A stretch of 64,000 bases of DNA from the human T2T-CHM13v2.0 reference genome, Homo sapiens. Positions 1 to 12,100 of this stretch are shown one piece after another (positions within the stretch are counted from its first letter, which is position 1; each line of letters begins with the position of its first letter). The position numbers and the translations under genes are program-made. The notes below the pieces were generated by a model. The model had not been told where the DNA came from. It worked only from the letters and a program-made list of their open reading frames with translations, and did no database searches. Where the stretch lies: assembly GCF_009914755.1 (NCBI RefSeq), contig NC_060939.1; one strand, written 5' to 3'.

Positions 1-3000
1 TTTTCCTCAGCCTCTATTCCCCCACCCTATAATCCTCCTATCACCTGCCCTCCTCACACCTGGTCTGGCTTACAGTTTTGTTCCGCAACTAGCCCTCCCA
101 CACCTGCCCAACAATTTCCTCTTAAAGAGGTGGCTGGAGCTAAAGGCATAGTCAAGGTTAATGCTCCTTTTTTCTTTATCTGACCTCTCCCAAATCAGCT
201 AGCATTTGGGCTCTTTTTCATCACATATAAAAACCCAGCCCAGTTCATGGCCCGTTTGGCAACAACCCTTAGACGCTTTACCGCCCTAGACCCAGAGGGG
301 CCAGAAGGCCATCTTATTCTCTTTGCATTTTATTACCCAATCCCCTCCCGGCATTAAAAAAAGCTCCAAAAATTGGATTCCAGCCCTCAAACCCCACAAC
401 AGCACTCAATTAACCTTGCCTTCAAGGTGTACAATAATAGAGTAGAGGCAACATATTTCTGAGTTGCAATTACTTGCCTCCACTGTGAGAGAAACCCCAG
501 CCACATGTCCAGCACACAAGAACTTCAGAACGCCTGAACTGCAGTGGCCAGATGTTCCTCCAGGACCGCCTCCCCCAGGATCTTGCTTCAAGTGCTGGAA
601 ATCTGGCCACTGGGCCAAGGAATGCCCACAGCCCAGGATTCCTCCTAAGCTCTGTCCCATCTGTGCAGAACCCCACTGGAAATTGGACTGTCCAACTCAC
701 CTGGCAGCCACTCCCAGAGCCCCTGGAACTCTGGCATAAGGCTCTCTGACTGACTCCTTCCCAGATCTTCTCGGCTTAGCAGCTGAAGACTGACGCTGCC
801 CAATTGCCTTGGAAGCCCCCTGGACCATCACAGATGCTTTGGGTAACTCTTACAGTGGAGGGTAAGTCCGTCCCCTTCTTAATCAATACGGAGGCTACCA
901 ACTCCATATTACTTTCTTTTCAAAGGCCTGTTTCCCTTGCCTCCGTAACAGTTGTGGGTATTGACAGCCAGGCTTCTAAACCTCTTAAAACTTCCCAACT
1001 CTGGTGTCAACTTGGACAACATTCTTTTATGCACTGATTTTAGTTATCCCCACCTTCCCAGCTCCCTTATTAGGTCGAGACATTTTAACTAAATTATCTG
1101 CTTCCCTGACTATTCCTAGGCTACAGCCACACCTCATTGCTGCCCTTTTCCCCAGTTCAAAGCCTCCTTCATGTCCTCCCCTTGTTATCTCCCCACCTTA
1201 ATCCACAAATATGGGATACCTCTACTCCCTCCCTGGCAACCGATCACACTCCCCTTACCATCCCATTAAAACCTAATCACCCTTACCCTGCTCAATGCCA
1301 ATATCCCATCCCGCAGCACCCTTTAAAAAGATTAAAGCCTGTTATCACTCGCCTGTTACAGCATGGTGTTTTAAAGCTTATAAACTCTCCTTACAGTTCC
1401 CCCATTTTACCTGTCCTAAAACCAGACAAGCCTTACAGGTTAGTTCAGGATCTGCACCTTATCAACCAAATTGTTTTGCCTATCCACCCCATGGTGCCAA
1501 ACCCATATACTCTCCTATCCTCAATACCTCCTTCCACAATCCATTATTCTGTTCTGGATCTCAAACGTGCTTTCTTTACTATTCCTTTGCACCCTTCATC
1601 CCAGCCTCTCTTCGCTTTCACTTGGACTGACCCTGACACCCATCAGGCTCAGCAAATTACCTGGGCTGTACCGCCGCAAAGCTTCACAGACAGCCCCCAT
1701 TACTTCAGTCAAGCCCAAATTTCTTCCTCATCTGTTACCTATCTCGGCATAATTCTCACAAAAACACACGTGCTCTCCCTGCTGATCATGTCCGACTAAT
1801 CTCCCAAACCACAACCCCTTCTACAAAACAACTCCTTTCCTTCCTAGGCATGGTTAGGTACTTCCACCTTTGGATACCTAGTTTTACCATCCTGACTAAA
1901 CCATTATATAAACTCACAAAAGCAAACCTAGCTGACCCCACAGATCCTAAATCTTTTCCCCACTCCTCTTTCCATTCCTTGAAGACAGCTTTAGAGACTG
2001 CCCCAACACTAGCTCTCCCTGATTCATCCCAACCATTTCATTACACACAGCTGAAGTGCAGGGCTGTGCAGTTGGAATTTTTACACAAGCACCAGGACCG
2101 CACCCTGTAGCTTTTTTGTCCAAACAACTTGACCTTACTGTTTTAGGCTGGCCATCATGTCTCCGTGCTGTGGCCACCGCCGTCCTAATGCTTTTAGAGG
2201 CCCTCATACTCACAAACTATGCTCAACTCACTCTCTACAGTTCTCGTAACTTCCAAAATCTATTTTCTTCCTCACACCTGACACATATACTTTCTGCTCC
2301 CCGGCTCCTTCAGCTGTACTCACTCTTTGTTGAGTTTCCCACAGTTACCATTGTTCCTGGCCCAGACATCAATCCAGCCTCCCACATTATTCCTGATATC
2401 ACACCTGACCCCCATGACTGTATTTCTCTGATACACTTGGCATTCACTCCATTTCCCCATATTTCCTTCTTTCCTGTTCCTCACCCTGATCACACTTGGT
2501 TTATTGATAGCAGTTCCACCAGGCCTAATTGCCACACACCAGCAAAGGCAGGCTATGCTATACTATCTTCCACATCTATCATTGAGGCTACTGCTCTGTC
2601 CCCCTCCACTACCTCTCAGCAAGCCAAACTCATTGACTTAACTCAAGCCCTCACTCTTGCAAAGGGACTACATGTCAATATTTATACTGACCCCATATCC
2701 TGCACCACCATGCTGTTTTATGGGCTGAAAGGTTTCCTCACTATGCAAGGGTCCTCCATCATTAATGCCTCTTTAATAAAAACTCTTCTCAAGGCCGCTT
2801 TACTTCCAAAGGAAGCTGGAGTCATATACTGCAAGGGCCATCAAAAGGCATCAGATCCCATCGCTCAGAACAACACTTATGCTGATAAGGTAGCTAAAAA
2901 AACAGCTAGCATTCCAACTTCTATCCCTCATGGCAGCTTTTCTCCTCATCAGTCACTCCCACCTACTCCCCCACTGAAACTTCCACCTATCAGTCTCTTC

Positions 3001-3796
3001 CCACACAAGGCAAATGGTTCTTGGACCAAGGAAAATATCTCTTTCCAGCCTCACAGGCCCATTCTATTCTATGGTCATTTCATAACCTCTTTCATGTAGG
3101 TTACAAGCCGCTAGCCCACCTCTTAGAACTTCTCATTTCCTTTCCATCGTGGAAATCTATCCTAAAGGAAATCACTTCTCAGTGTTCCATCTGCTATTCT
3201 ACTACCCCTCAGGGATTATTCATGCCCCCTCCCTTCCCTACACATCAAGCTCCAGGATTTGCACCTGCCCAGGACTGGCAAATTGACTTTACTCACATGC
3301 CCTGAGTCAGGAAACTAAAATACCTTTTGGTCTGGGTAGACACTTTGACTGGATGGGTAGAGGCCTTTCCCACAGGGTCTAAACTCGCCAACCAAGCAAA
3401 CAATAACGTTGAACCTCCTTGGACACTCTCTAATTGGACATCCTGGGTACTACCAATTCTTAGTCCTTTAATACCTGTTTTTCTCCTTCTCTTATTCAGA
3501 CCTTGTGTCTTTCTTTTAGTTTCTCAATTCATACAAAACTGCATCCAGGCCATCATCAATAATTCTATACGGCAAATGCTCCTTCTAACAACCCCACAAT
3601 ATCACCCCTTACCCCAAAATCTTCCTTCAGCTTAATCTCTCCCACTCTAGGTTCCCACACCACCCCTAATCCTGCTTGAAGCAGCCCTGAGAAACATCGC
3701 CCATTCTCTCTCCATACCACCCCCAAAAAATTTCGCCGCCCCAACGCTTTACCACTATTCCATTTTATTTTTCTTATTAATATAAGAAGACAGGAA
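1..3796 (+). mobile_element. HERV-H internal region (defective provirus; 5' part lies outside the window): gag-pro-pol remnants and env tail
   Basis: Gag zinc knuckles [14 protein letters not shown] and [13 protein letters not shown] (ORF 464-739); degenerate protease motif FLINTEA (804-1037); RT motifs YSSPILPVLKPDKPYRLVQDL and YSVLDLKRAFF (1137-1799); RNase H-like WFIDSSS...VNIYTD (2056-3099); integrase start DWQIDFTHMP; env TM tail WVLPILSPLIPVFLLLLFRPC (3381-3635); polypurine tract aagaagacaggaa at 3784-3796. Multiple stops and frameshifts. Confidence 0.95.
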
Positions 3797-4227
3797 TGTC
3801 AGGCCTGTGAGCCCAAGCTAAGCCATCATATCCCCAGTGACCTGCACGTATACATCCAGATGGCCTGAAGCAACTGAAGATCCACAAAAGAAGTGAAAAT
3901 AGCCTTAACTGATGACATTCCATCATTGTGATTTGTTTCTGCCCCACCCTAACTGATCAATGTACTTTGTAGTCTCCCCCACCCTTGAGAAGGTTCTTTG
4001 TAATTCTCCCCACCCTTAAGAATGTACTTTGTGAGATCCACCCCTGCCCGCAAAACATTGCTCCTAACTCCACCGCCTATCCCAAAACCTGTAAGAACTA
4101 ATGATAATCCACCACCCTTTGCTGACTACTTTTTTGGACTCAGCCCGCCTACACCCAGGTGAAATAAACAGCCTTGTTGCTCACACAAAGCCTGTTTGGT
4201 GGTCTCTTCATATGGACACGAGAGACA
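3797..4227 (+). mobile_element. HERV-H 3' LTR (LTR7 family)
   Basis: Starts tgtcaggcctgtgagcccaagctaagcc directly after the PPT; AATAAA at 4163-4168; ends ...ggtggtctcttcatatggacacgagagaca, as expected for LTR7. Confidence 0.93.
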
Positions 4228-4695
4228 ATAAGAGCTCTGAGGCCTGCTACCTGAAGGTTTCATATGCATGATAAAGCCTTGATCTCCACAACCCCTTATC
4301 TTAACCCAGACCTTCCTTTGTACTGATTCCAGGTCTTTAGATAATAAACTCTTTCTCTTTTTGGTAGAAGATAGCTTAAAAAACACACACTCCAAAAAAC
4401 TTCTTTCAACCAATTGTCAGTTAGAAAATCTTTGAATCCACCTATGACCTGGAAGGAACCACCCCTCGCCCCCTCTAGTTGTCCCACCTTTCCTGACCGA
4501 ACCAATGTACATCTTACATGTATTGAGTGATGTCTTATGTTTCCCTGAAATGTATAAAACCCAGCTGTAGCCCAACTATCCTGGGCACATGTTCTCTAGA
4601 TCTACTGCGGCTGTCTCATGGGCCATTGGTCACTCATATCTGGCTCAGAATAAATCTCTTCAAATATTTTATAGAGTTTGACCTTTTCATCAATA
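4228..4695 (+). mobile_element. MER4-group ERV1 LTR, 3' portion (probably interrupted by the HERV-H insertion)
   Basis: Ends with the MER4-type terminus tggctcagaataaatctcttcaaatattttatagagtttgac; begins abruptly at the LTR7 end. Confidence 0.7.
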
Positions 4696-4791
4696 ATCTC
4701 TATTCTTTTATCATTTGTTTTCCTCATCTTTTGTGTGTCCTGCAATGTCCTTGCTTCTTGCCACTCCTTCCCTGGTTGTTACTTCATTGTA

Positions 4792-5420
4792 TTATCAGAG
4801 GAGTTTGAACCAGAGTGACTCCATCTTGAATAGGGGCTGGGTAAAATAAGGCTAACAACTACTGGGCTGCATTCCCAGGTGGATAGGTATTCTTGGTCAC
4901 AGGATGAGATAGAAGGTCAGCATAAGGTACACGTCACAAAGACCTTGTTGACAAAAGGGTATGGTAAAGAAGATGGACAAAACCCACCAAAACCAAGGTG
5001 GCAACAAAAGTGACCTCTGGTTGTCCTCACTGCTCATTATACACTAATTACAATGGATTAGCATGCTAAAAGAGACACTCACCAGCACATGACAGTTTAC
5101 AGATGCCATGGCAATGTCAGGAAGTTATCCTATATGGTCTAAAAACGGGAGGAACCCTCATTTCCACAAATTGCCCACCTCTTCCCCAGAAAACTTATAA
5201 TCCACCCCTTGTTTAACATATAATCAAGAAGTAACTATAAGTATAATCAGTTGAGCAGCCCATGCTGCTGCTCTGTCTATGGAGTAGCCATTCTTTATTC
5301 CTTTACTTTCTTAATAAACTTGCTTTCACTTTAGTCTATGGACTCACCCTGAATTCTTGCTTGGGTGAGATCCAAAAGCCCTCTCTTGGGGTCTGGATCA
5401 GGATCCCTTTCTGGTAATGT
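4792..5420 (+). mobile_element. MER41 LTR (MER41B-like)
   Basis: Starts tatcagaggagtttgaaccagagtgactccatcttgaataggggctgggtaaaat and ends ctcttggggtctggatcaggatccctttctggtaa, both matching recalled MER41 termini. Confidence 0.8.
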
Positions 5421-6237
5421 CTTCTGGTTGAACCACGAAGGGACAATATTGAGGAAACCTCTGACCCAAAGAAAACAGCAATACCAATTGGCCGACTTTG
5501 AGTAAGAGGAGGGGTACATTTAACGTGGGTAAAGGATGGAATTGGGTTAGAGGCCCAACTTAGGAGGGTTAGAGTCCCTACTAAGACAGAGTTAAAGGCC
5601 TCCTTAATAAAAGGCAAGGACACTTGACCAAACTTGGGTTAGAGGCCCAACTTAGGAAGGTTAGAGCCCTTCCTAAGATTTAGGGGGTTACAGGTTAGAG
5701 GTCCCTCTCAGTAAAGTCCCTCTTGGTTAAAAATGGATTTGGAATTATGGGATGTTATCTGCTATTCTCTTTGGATTAATCTGCCTTGCACTGTTTGCTG
5801 ATGGCTGTGGGTGACAGGATTAGGCATGTACAGGATCACCAGATGTGGGAGCATTTTTCTCCCTAAAGTGGGAAAGATGAGAGCTGATGGGACTGTTGGA
5901 AGAGCTCCCTTCATTACTGAAAAGCAGGTGCCTGAACTTTTGATTCAGCGTCGCTGCAATGGGTGGGTCTTTCTCTGGCCTCCCGGAGCTATGTACCCTG
6001 CCACAGACAATGCTTTTCTCCCCTTTTCTCCTTTCTCTTTTCTATCTTTTCTGTTACTCAGAGCCAACTGTCTGCTGTTTCATCTTGCCCAGAGACCACA
6101 TGTTGAAACTCCTGGTTGGAAGATCATTGTACCCCACTTTTCTTTTTAGCATATAATCAAGAAGTAACTAAGTATAATCAGTTGAGCAGCTGATGCCGCT
6201 GCTTTGTCTTTGGAGTAGCCATTCTTTACTCCTTTAC

Positions 6238-6240
<3 letters not shown>
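5421..6240 (+). mobile_element. MER41 internal sequence plus a fragment of a second MER41 LTR (about 6143-6240)
   Basis: PBS-like segment right after the LTR; 6143-6240 is a close repeat of 5212-5310 (atataatcaagaagtaacta...ggagtagccattcttta). Confidence 0.65.
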
Positions 6241-6535
<295 letters not shown>

Positions 6536-6799
6536 GATAACTTTTCAGAAAACTTTTTTCTACTTTTTGCCACAACTTTTTTACATTTTTATCCGATAAC
6601 TTTTTCACCCCAAAACTTTTTTAATCCCATACCTTTTTTATGTTGTGTTCTTTCAATAAACACTTGCATAGTTATACTACATTTTTGTAACAATGAAACA
6701 GATTATCTCATGCCAAGCATGCCCAGTATTTGCACAATATCAATACTTTTAATACTATAGTTTTCAAGACACGCAAAATAAAATTTTAAGGCAAAAACA

Positions 6800-9146
6800 G
6801 CACTTTGCAACAGTTTAAAAATTTATTGCATTACAGTAGCATCACATCAGCAGTCAATAATGCCACTTTAAGCAAAAGTCTTTCAGTATTTCCGTTACAC
6901 ATTCTGTTAACAAGAACTCATACATTGGTAAAATTCATTCTAAGAAAACTTGGCAAATAACGCTTTGGCCTGTAATTGGCATTTCTTTCTCTACTTTTCC
7001 TTCCCACCATTTCTTCCTTTTAAACTACAGGATTTATATTTTAAAATGTTTTATTTCAGAACATTAAGATAGCAGTTACATTTTTTAATATTTATATTAT
7101 TTTAAAATGACTCTTTAAGATACAGTTTTAAACCCATGGGCTAGAAATCATACGACTGTTAATTAGCCGCATTATTTGGTCTAACATTTTTTATCATTCT
7201 GAAACTGGATTTGTGTAATACATTGATAAATTCATACAATTTGGAAGAGTCAGTTGAAGTTACAAGGACCCAATATCTGCCCTCTTTCAGTGAATGCCGG
7301 CAAATCTGTTATTCCATTGGCAAAATCGTATTGCTGCTCTCCTGTTAATCTCACATTTATAAAAGGATCATGAGGCTGCCAAGTGCTAAAAATGGAGATG
7401 GTCTAGTAACTAGAAAACTCCCCACCCCAGGGAGCACACCTACATATCTCCCTACAACCTAATAATGTGATGTGTTTTGGAACACAGACATTAGAACTTC
7501 ATGAAGTTTTAACTGTTGATTCTTTCCCAAGCATCATCAAGTTATGATTTAGGCAATGTATGATTGAAATGCATTCATTCATCATGCATAGGCACAATCA
7601 CAGAAATATTGCACAAAGTATGTCCCTGACTGAAAATGAGAGGTACAAAAACGTATTTCACTCTTCGTAAAGAAGTTTGTGAGGAAATACAACTCTGCGA
7701 TCGTATAGACATGTTTCCTGATAATACAGACATTCACAAACAGTAGATTGCACCACAGTGTGTAAACATTTTAAGTTGCATAAACTTCTCCTTGATTTTC
7801 AAAGATAATATAATACTGTCTACTAAAATTCCTTTTTGTTTCAACTAAGTACTCTCACATATATTAGTTTATAATAATGTTTGTTATTACTTTCTAAAGT
7901 GTTTTCCACTCAAGGAAAAGAAGTAAATTCCTATGTCAGAGTAACCGAGGTGGTTGAAGAATAGGTATTAGCCAGAGAGGTCTAGATAGTAAAATCAAAC
8001 TTCAAGCCTCAAAGAAGCTCCATGAACAGAGAGGAATGCCAGGTGTCACACAGCTTTCCTTCACTCTAATTCATTCTTGACTAGAGCCTGTATGCCTGTT
8101 TCAGAGACATTTAAACTCTTAAAGGATTTCTTATGATCTTCACTAAATACATTAAGAAGAATGCCAACCAGCGCCCTTTCGTGTACTGGGACAGGTAGTC
8201 ATGTGATTAAAACAGGGAACACGAACTCTGACTTTAAAATGTATTGTAGATACAAATGCTCTAAGCTAGGAAAGGTTTTTCACACCCACAGCCAATGATG
8301 GCAGCCTTTCATTCCTCGGAAATAAGCCCTTTTTAGGTCATTGAAAAAGAGTGCAACTGCTGCAGCTCACGATGCAATATCTTCATGAGCCCAGAGCACA
8401 TACAAATCCAAAGGGAACTGCCACAGTACACTGCTCATTCTTGGCACCGGAACAGATGAAACACACTGTATCCTGCACATACCTGCCAGAGCAGGCCACT
8501 TTCCTCTTCTGTGAGATTTAGAAAGCTCCCCCAAAAGGTTATCACTCCCATCACCAATACACAGAAAATGGAGGAAAGGCTGTTTCCAGTTCTCGGCCTT
8601 TAAACAGCTCTAAATGTCAGTACTCACAGTGGCATATTACAAAGTAATAAACAGTGCACACTTGAGGGCAAACCGCATATTGAGCTATAGAAGAGCTCAC
8701 TGTGATTAAGATGAGATCAAACATCATAGCAGAACATTAGCAAATTTTATCTGAATTCTGTAATGGACATCCATGCTGCAATAACATTAGAAAAGCACGG
8801 GAGCCTATTCCAAACCAGCGAGAACAGTTTTGTGCAAAGAGTGGGTCTTTGTGTGTTTGAACTCCCACCACGTAAGGGCAAACTCGATATGCATGCTAAT
8901 GACCTACAATTATGAAATGAAAAAAGAAAAATGCTGAAGGATGCCAGAGTGAACATCAGTGAGAGCCACAGAGACCCACTCTCTTTTAACTTTTTACAAA
9001 TAAACTTAAACTATAAATTAGAAACACAAATAATCATGAGTAGCTCTAACATTCAAATGAAGTAAATGAATTGTGTAGGAGATTAACCCCATAACTTTGT
9101 TTCGTTTTTAAAAATTTCTTGAGCAGCTCTTTGATGATGGTGGTGT
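6800..9146 (-). other. GOLGA8 3' UTR (chromosome-15 'core element', described as related to the ITSN2 3' UTR)
   Basis: AT-rich, repeat-free sequence after the TAA at 9147-9149; minus-strand AATAAA at 6822-6827. The ITSN2 relationship is from the literature and was not verified here. Confidence 0.7.
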
Positions 9147-12100
9147 TTATCTCCTTCTTCTCGGCAGCCAAGCCCAGCAAAAGCATGGCACACAGCAGTT
9201 GCTGCCCAAGCCTGGGTGCTCCTGGTGGTCCTGCATCTCACCAAGGAGCTGCACGATTGGCTGTGCAGTAGGGTTGTCCTGGGAAGAACCCTCCCTGGCT
9301 TCTCCTTGTGCAGGCTCCACGCTGTTGGTGAGGCTCGCCTCACAAAGATCTTTGGAGAGAGAGAGGCGGGGATCTGAGTGGAGTGCTAGCCGCCCCCCGC
9401 TCCTGCCTGCTCACCCCGCCTGGGGGCTCTACTCACCACCATGCTTGTCGGCAGCCCCGAGCTCCTGGGGGGCTGGGGCTCCTGGACTGGGTTCAGCAGC
9501 AGGGTTCTGGGCAGCGGCCAGGAATTTGCCGTGCCCCTCGTTGTAGCTGCCACAAGCCGCAACACCATCTCCTGCAGCTCCAGCAGCTTCACCTGAAGGG
9601 ACGGGTGCTCAGCTGTCAGGCCGCTGCTGGCGCCCACCCTCATGCCCACCCCACCCACACCCCCACCCCACCCCCACCCCCACAGGGATGTTGCACACCC
9701 TACCTTCCTCTCCTCCTTGTCCTGGGCCAGCCTGATGATGGCCTCCTCCCGGTGACGCATCTTTGGCACTGTCCCCTGGCTCTGTTAGAAGGCGATGTAC
9801 GTTCCTGCGGGAGGACAGGGCTCAGACGCTGGGGCCCCTCCCACAGCCCTGCAGCTCCCCGTGCCGTGCCCTGGCCTCCCACTCACTGATGGCATCTCTC
9901 TCTCCGGTACTGGATGAATCCAAGTTCCAGTTTCTCCACATGCTCCCTCAGGTCCGCCTTCTCCTCCAGGAGGTCCATAAGGCCGCTCTGGAGCCAAAAT
10001 AATGGGGTCACATCTCAGCAGCGACCTGCCCCAGCCCTGCCCTTCTTGGCCCATGCTAGGACTCACTCCCCTCCAGCTTCTCCATGACTTCCTGCAGGGC
10101 CCGGAGGGTCTCCCCACTCACAGACTCGCCCCCAGTCCCTGAGGCTGGGACTGCTGCCTCTGGCTCCTTCTCGGCCGAGGTGAGCGTCTCCATCACCTGG
10201 CCCAGCTTCTCCTGCAGCTCCTTTACTTGCTGCTCCAACTGCAGTGCGCTCTTGTTCTCGTGCTTCTGGACAGAGAGAAGCAATCAGCAGCCACCCACTG
10301 CAGCTGGAGACCCCAGAACTTGGTGTCTGCCTCCCATGGCACTGGGAAGGGTGGAGCCAAGTTAGAAAAATACTCTCCTCTCTCCCACAGCCACCAGAGC
10401 AAAGCTCTGGCTCACAGGTGCCTTTGGAAGTAATATTTCATGTGAGGGCTACATTGCCCCATTTTACAGGTGGGGAAACAAAGGCCTGGAGGGCTAGGGA
10501 GGAGGGCAGGCTCCCCAGGTGGGGCAACCCACCAGCTCCTCCAAGTCGCTCTGTGGCTCGGCCAGCTGCTGAAGCCTCTTCTCCCGTTCCCGAAGCCTCT
10601 CCTGCTGCTCCTGAAGCCTCTCCTCCTGCTCGCGAAGCCTCTCCTTTTGCCCACGGTTCAGGAGACTGATGCACTGATTGTTTTCCACCTGAGCCTGGAG
10701 CTCTCCTGCCACTCTCTCCAGCTCCTTCCTCAGGTCTTGCAGCTCCACCTCAGAGGACACTGCTGGGGCATCCGGGGGCAGTGGCTCAGCTGAGAAAGGA
10801 AGCAGATCATAAGGGCCTCTGGATTCTCAAAACAAAAATCAAAACAGAAAAAACAACAAAACACCCTCCTGTTGGCGCACAGCTCCTCTCAGGCTCCCAA
10901 ACTTGGCCTCACTGCTAACGATCCCTCGCACCCGGATGGTAGCCAGTCTTCCAAACCACTTTCAGACAGAGAGCACTGCGGGTGGCTGACAACGGGCCCT
11001 CTTTGCTCATGGGGACACTGAGGCTCAGGGAGATGACAAGACTTGTCTCCTGGCACAGACCTCTTACCCTCTGCCTCAAAGCCCTGCCATCCACCCACCT
11101 CCCTGGGGCATTCTAAGCCACCCCCACAGCCCTCTGATGCCAGTCCTGCTCCCAGGTCATGCCAGCCCCATCTTACCCATCTGGTTTTTGAGTCTGGACA
11201 AGCTCCTCTCCAGCTCCTCTACCCGATGCGTATCATGCTTCTTCTCCTCCTTCAATGTGCAAACCTGCCCAAAGCACAGGGGGAAAGGGCCCTGGAGAGA
11301 GGGGCTGGTGGCTGGACAGGCTCCCATCTCCCTCTCTGCCCCCACCTCCACAAAGCCCAGACCCAGGACCACCTCTGGCTGCACTATTCCCATTTTAAAG
11401 AGGCCCAGAAAGATCCAGTGACCTATCTTAAGTTGTTGGGGGGGGGTTTGTGGGGCGGGAGGCTGAAGGGTCAGATCTCACCTCCTGCGACATTTTCCTC
11501 ATCCTCTGCTGCCACTGGGCCCTCTCTCCTTTTATTTGTTCAGCATATTGATCTCTCTCCAGCTGGACTTCTTTAAGCGACTCCTTCAACTGCAAGAATG
11601 GCCACACAAGTTAGGAAGGGCCGTCACTGGTCCTCACCTGCTCCTGGCCACCTGGGGTCATCTTCCTTCCACATCCCTCCCTCTGCAAAACCTCACCTGT
11701 GTCACGTGTCCTTTCAGCAGTATCTGCTCCCGTATGGACTGCTCTAACTGCCGCTTGAGAAGTGCTTTACTGCGGCTCGAGAACTGGATGGTGAAGAGTG
11801 AGAAGTTTCGATCTGGGGAGCCTGGGCCATTCCACACAGTGCCCCTTAAAAGGGCTAGGGCTAGGCTCAATATACAACTCGGTCAGTAAAGATCAAGGCA
11901 TTTCCAAGCCCGTGGTCTGGTTTTGAAAAAAACTCAGTGAAGTTGGAAGGGACAAGGAGAGAGATCAGATAATATTGCTATTGTTATTACTCCCACTGTT
12001 TGAACCTTTGTGGAGTGCTTCAGCAGGTACCTTGCTAGCAATCCCATTTAATCCTCGCAACCACCAGAGGAGACAGTTACTATGATGCCCTCTCTTGGGT

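Noticed and set aside
464-3635. HERV-H ORFs as functional gag/pol/env genes
   Set aside because: Fragmented by stops and frameshifts; protease DTG and RT YxDD motifs are missing.
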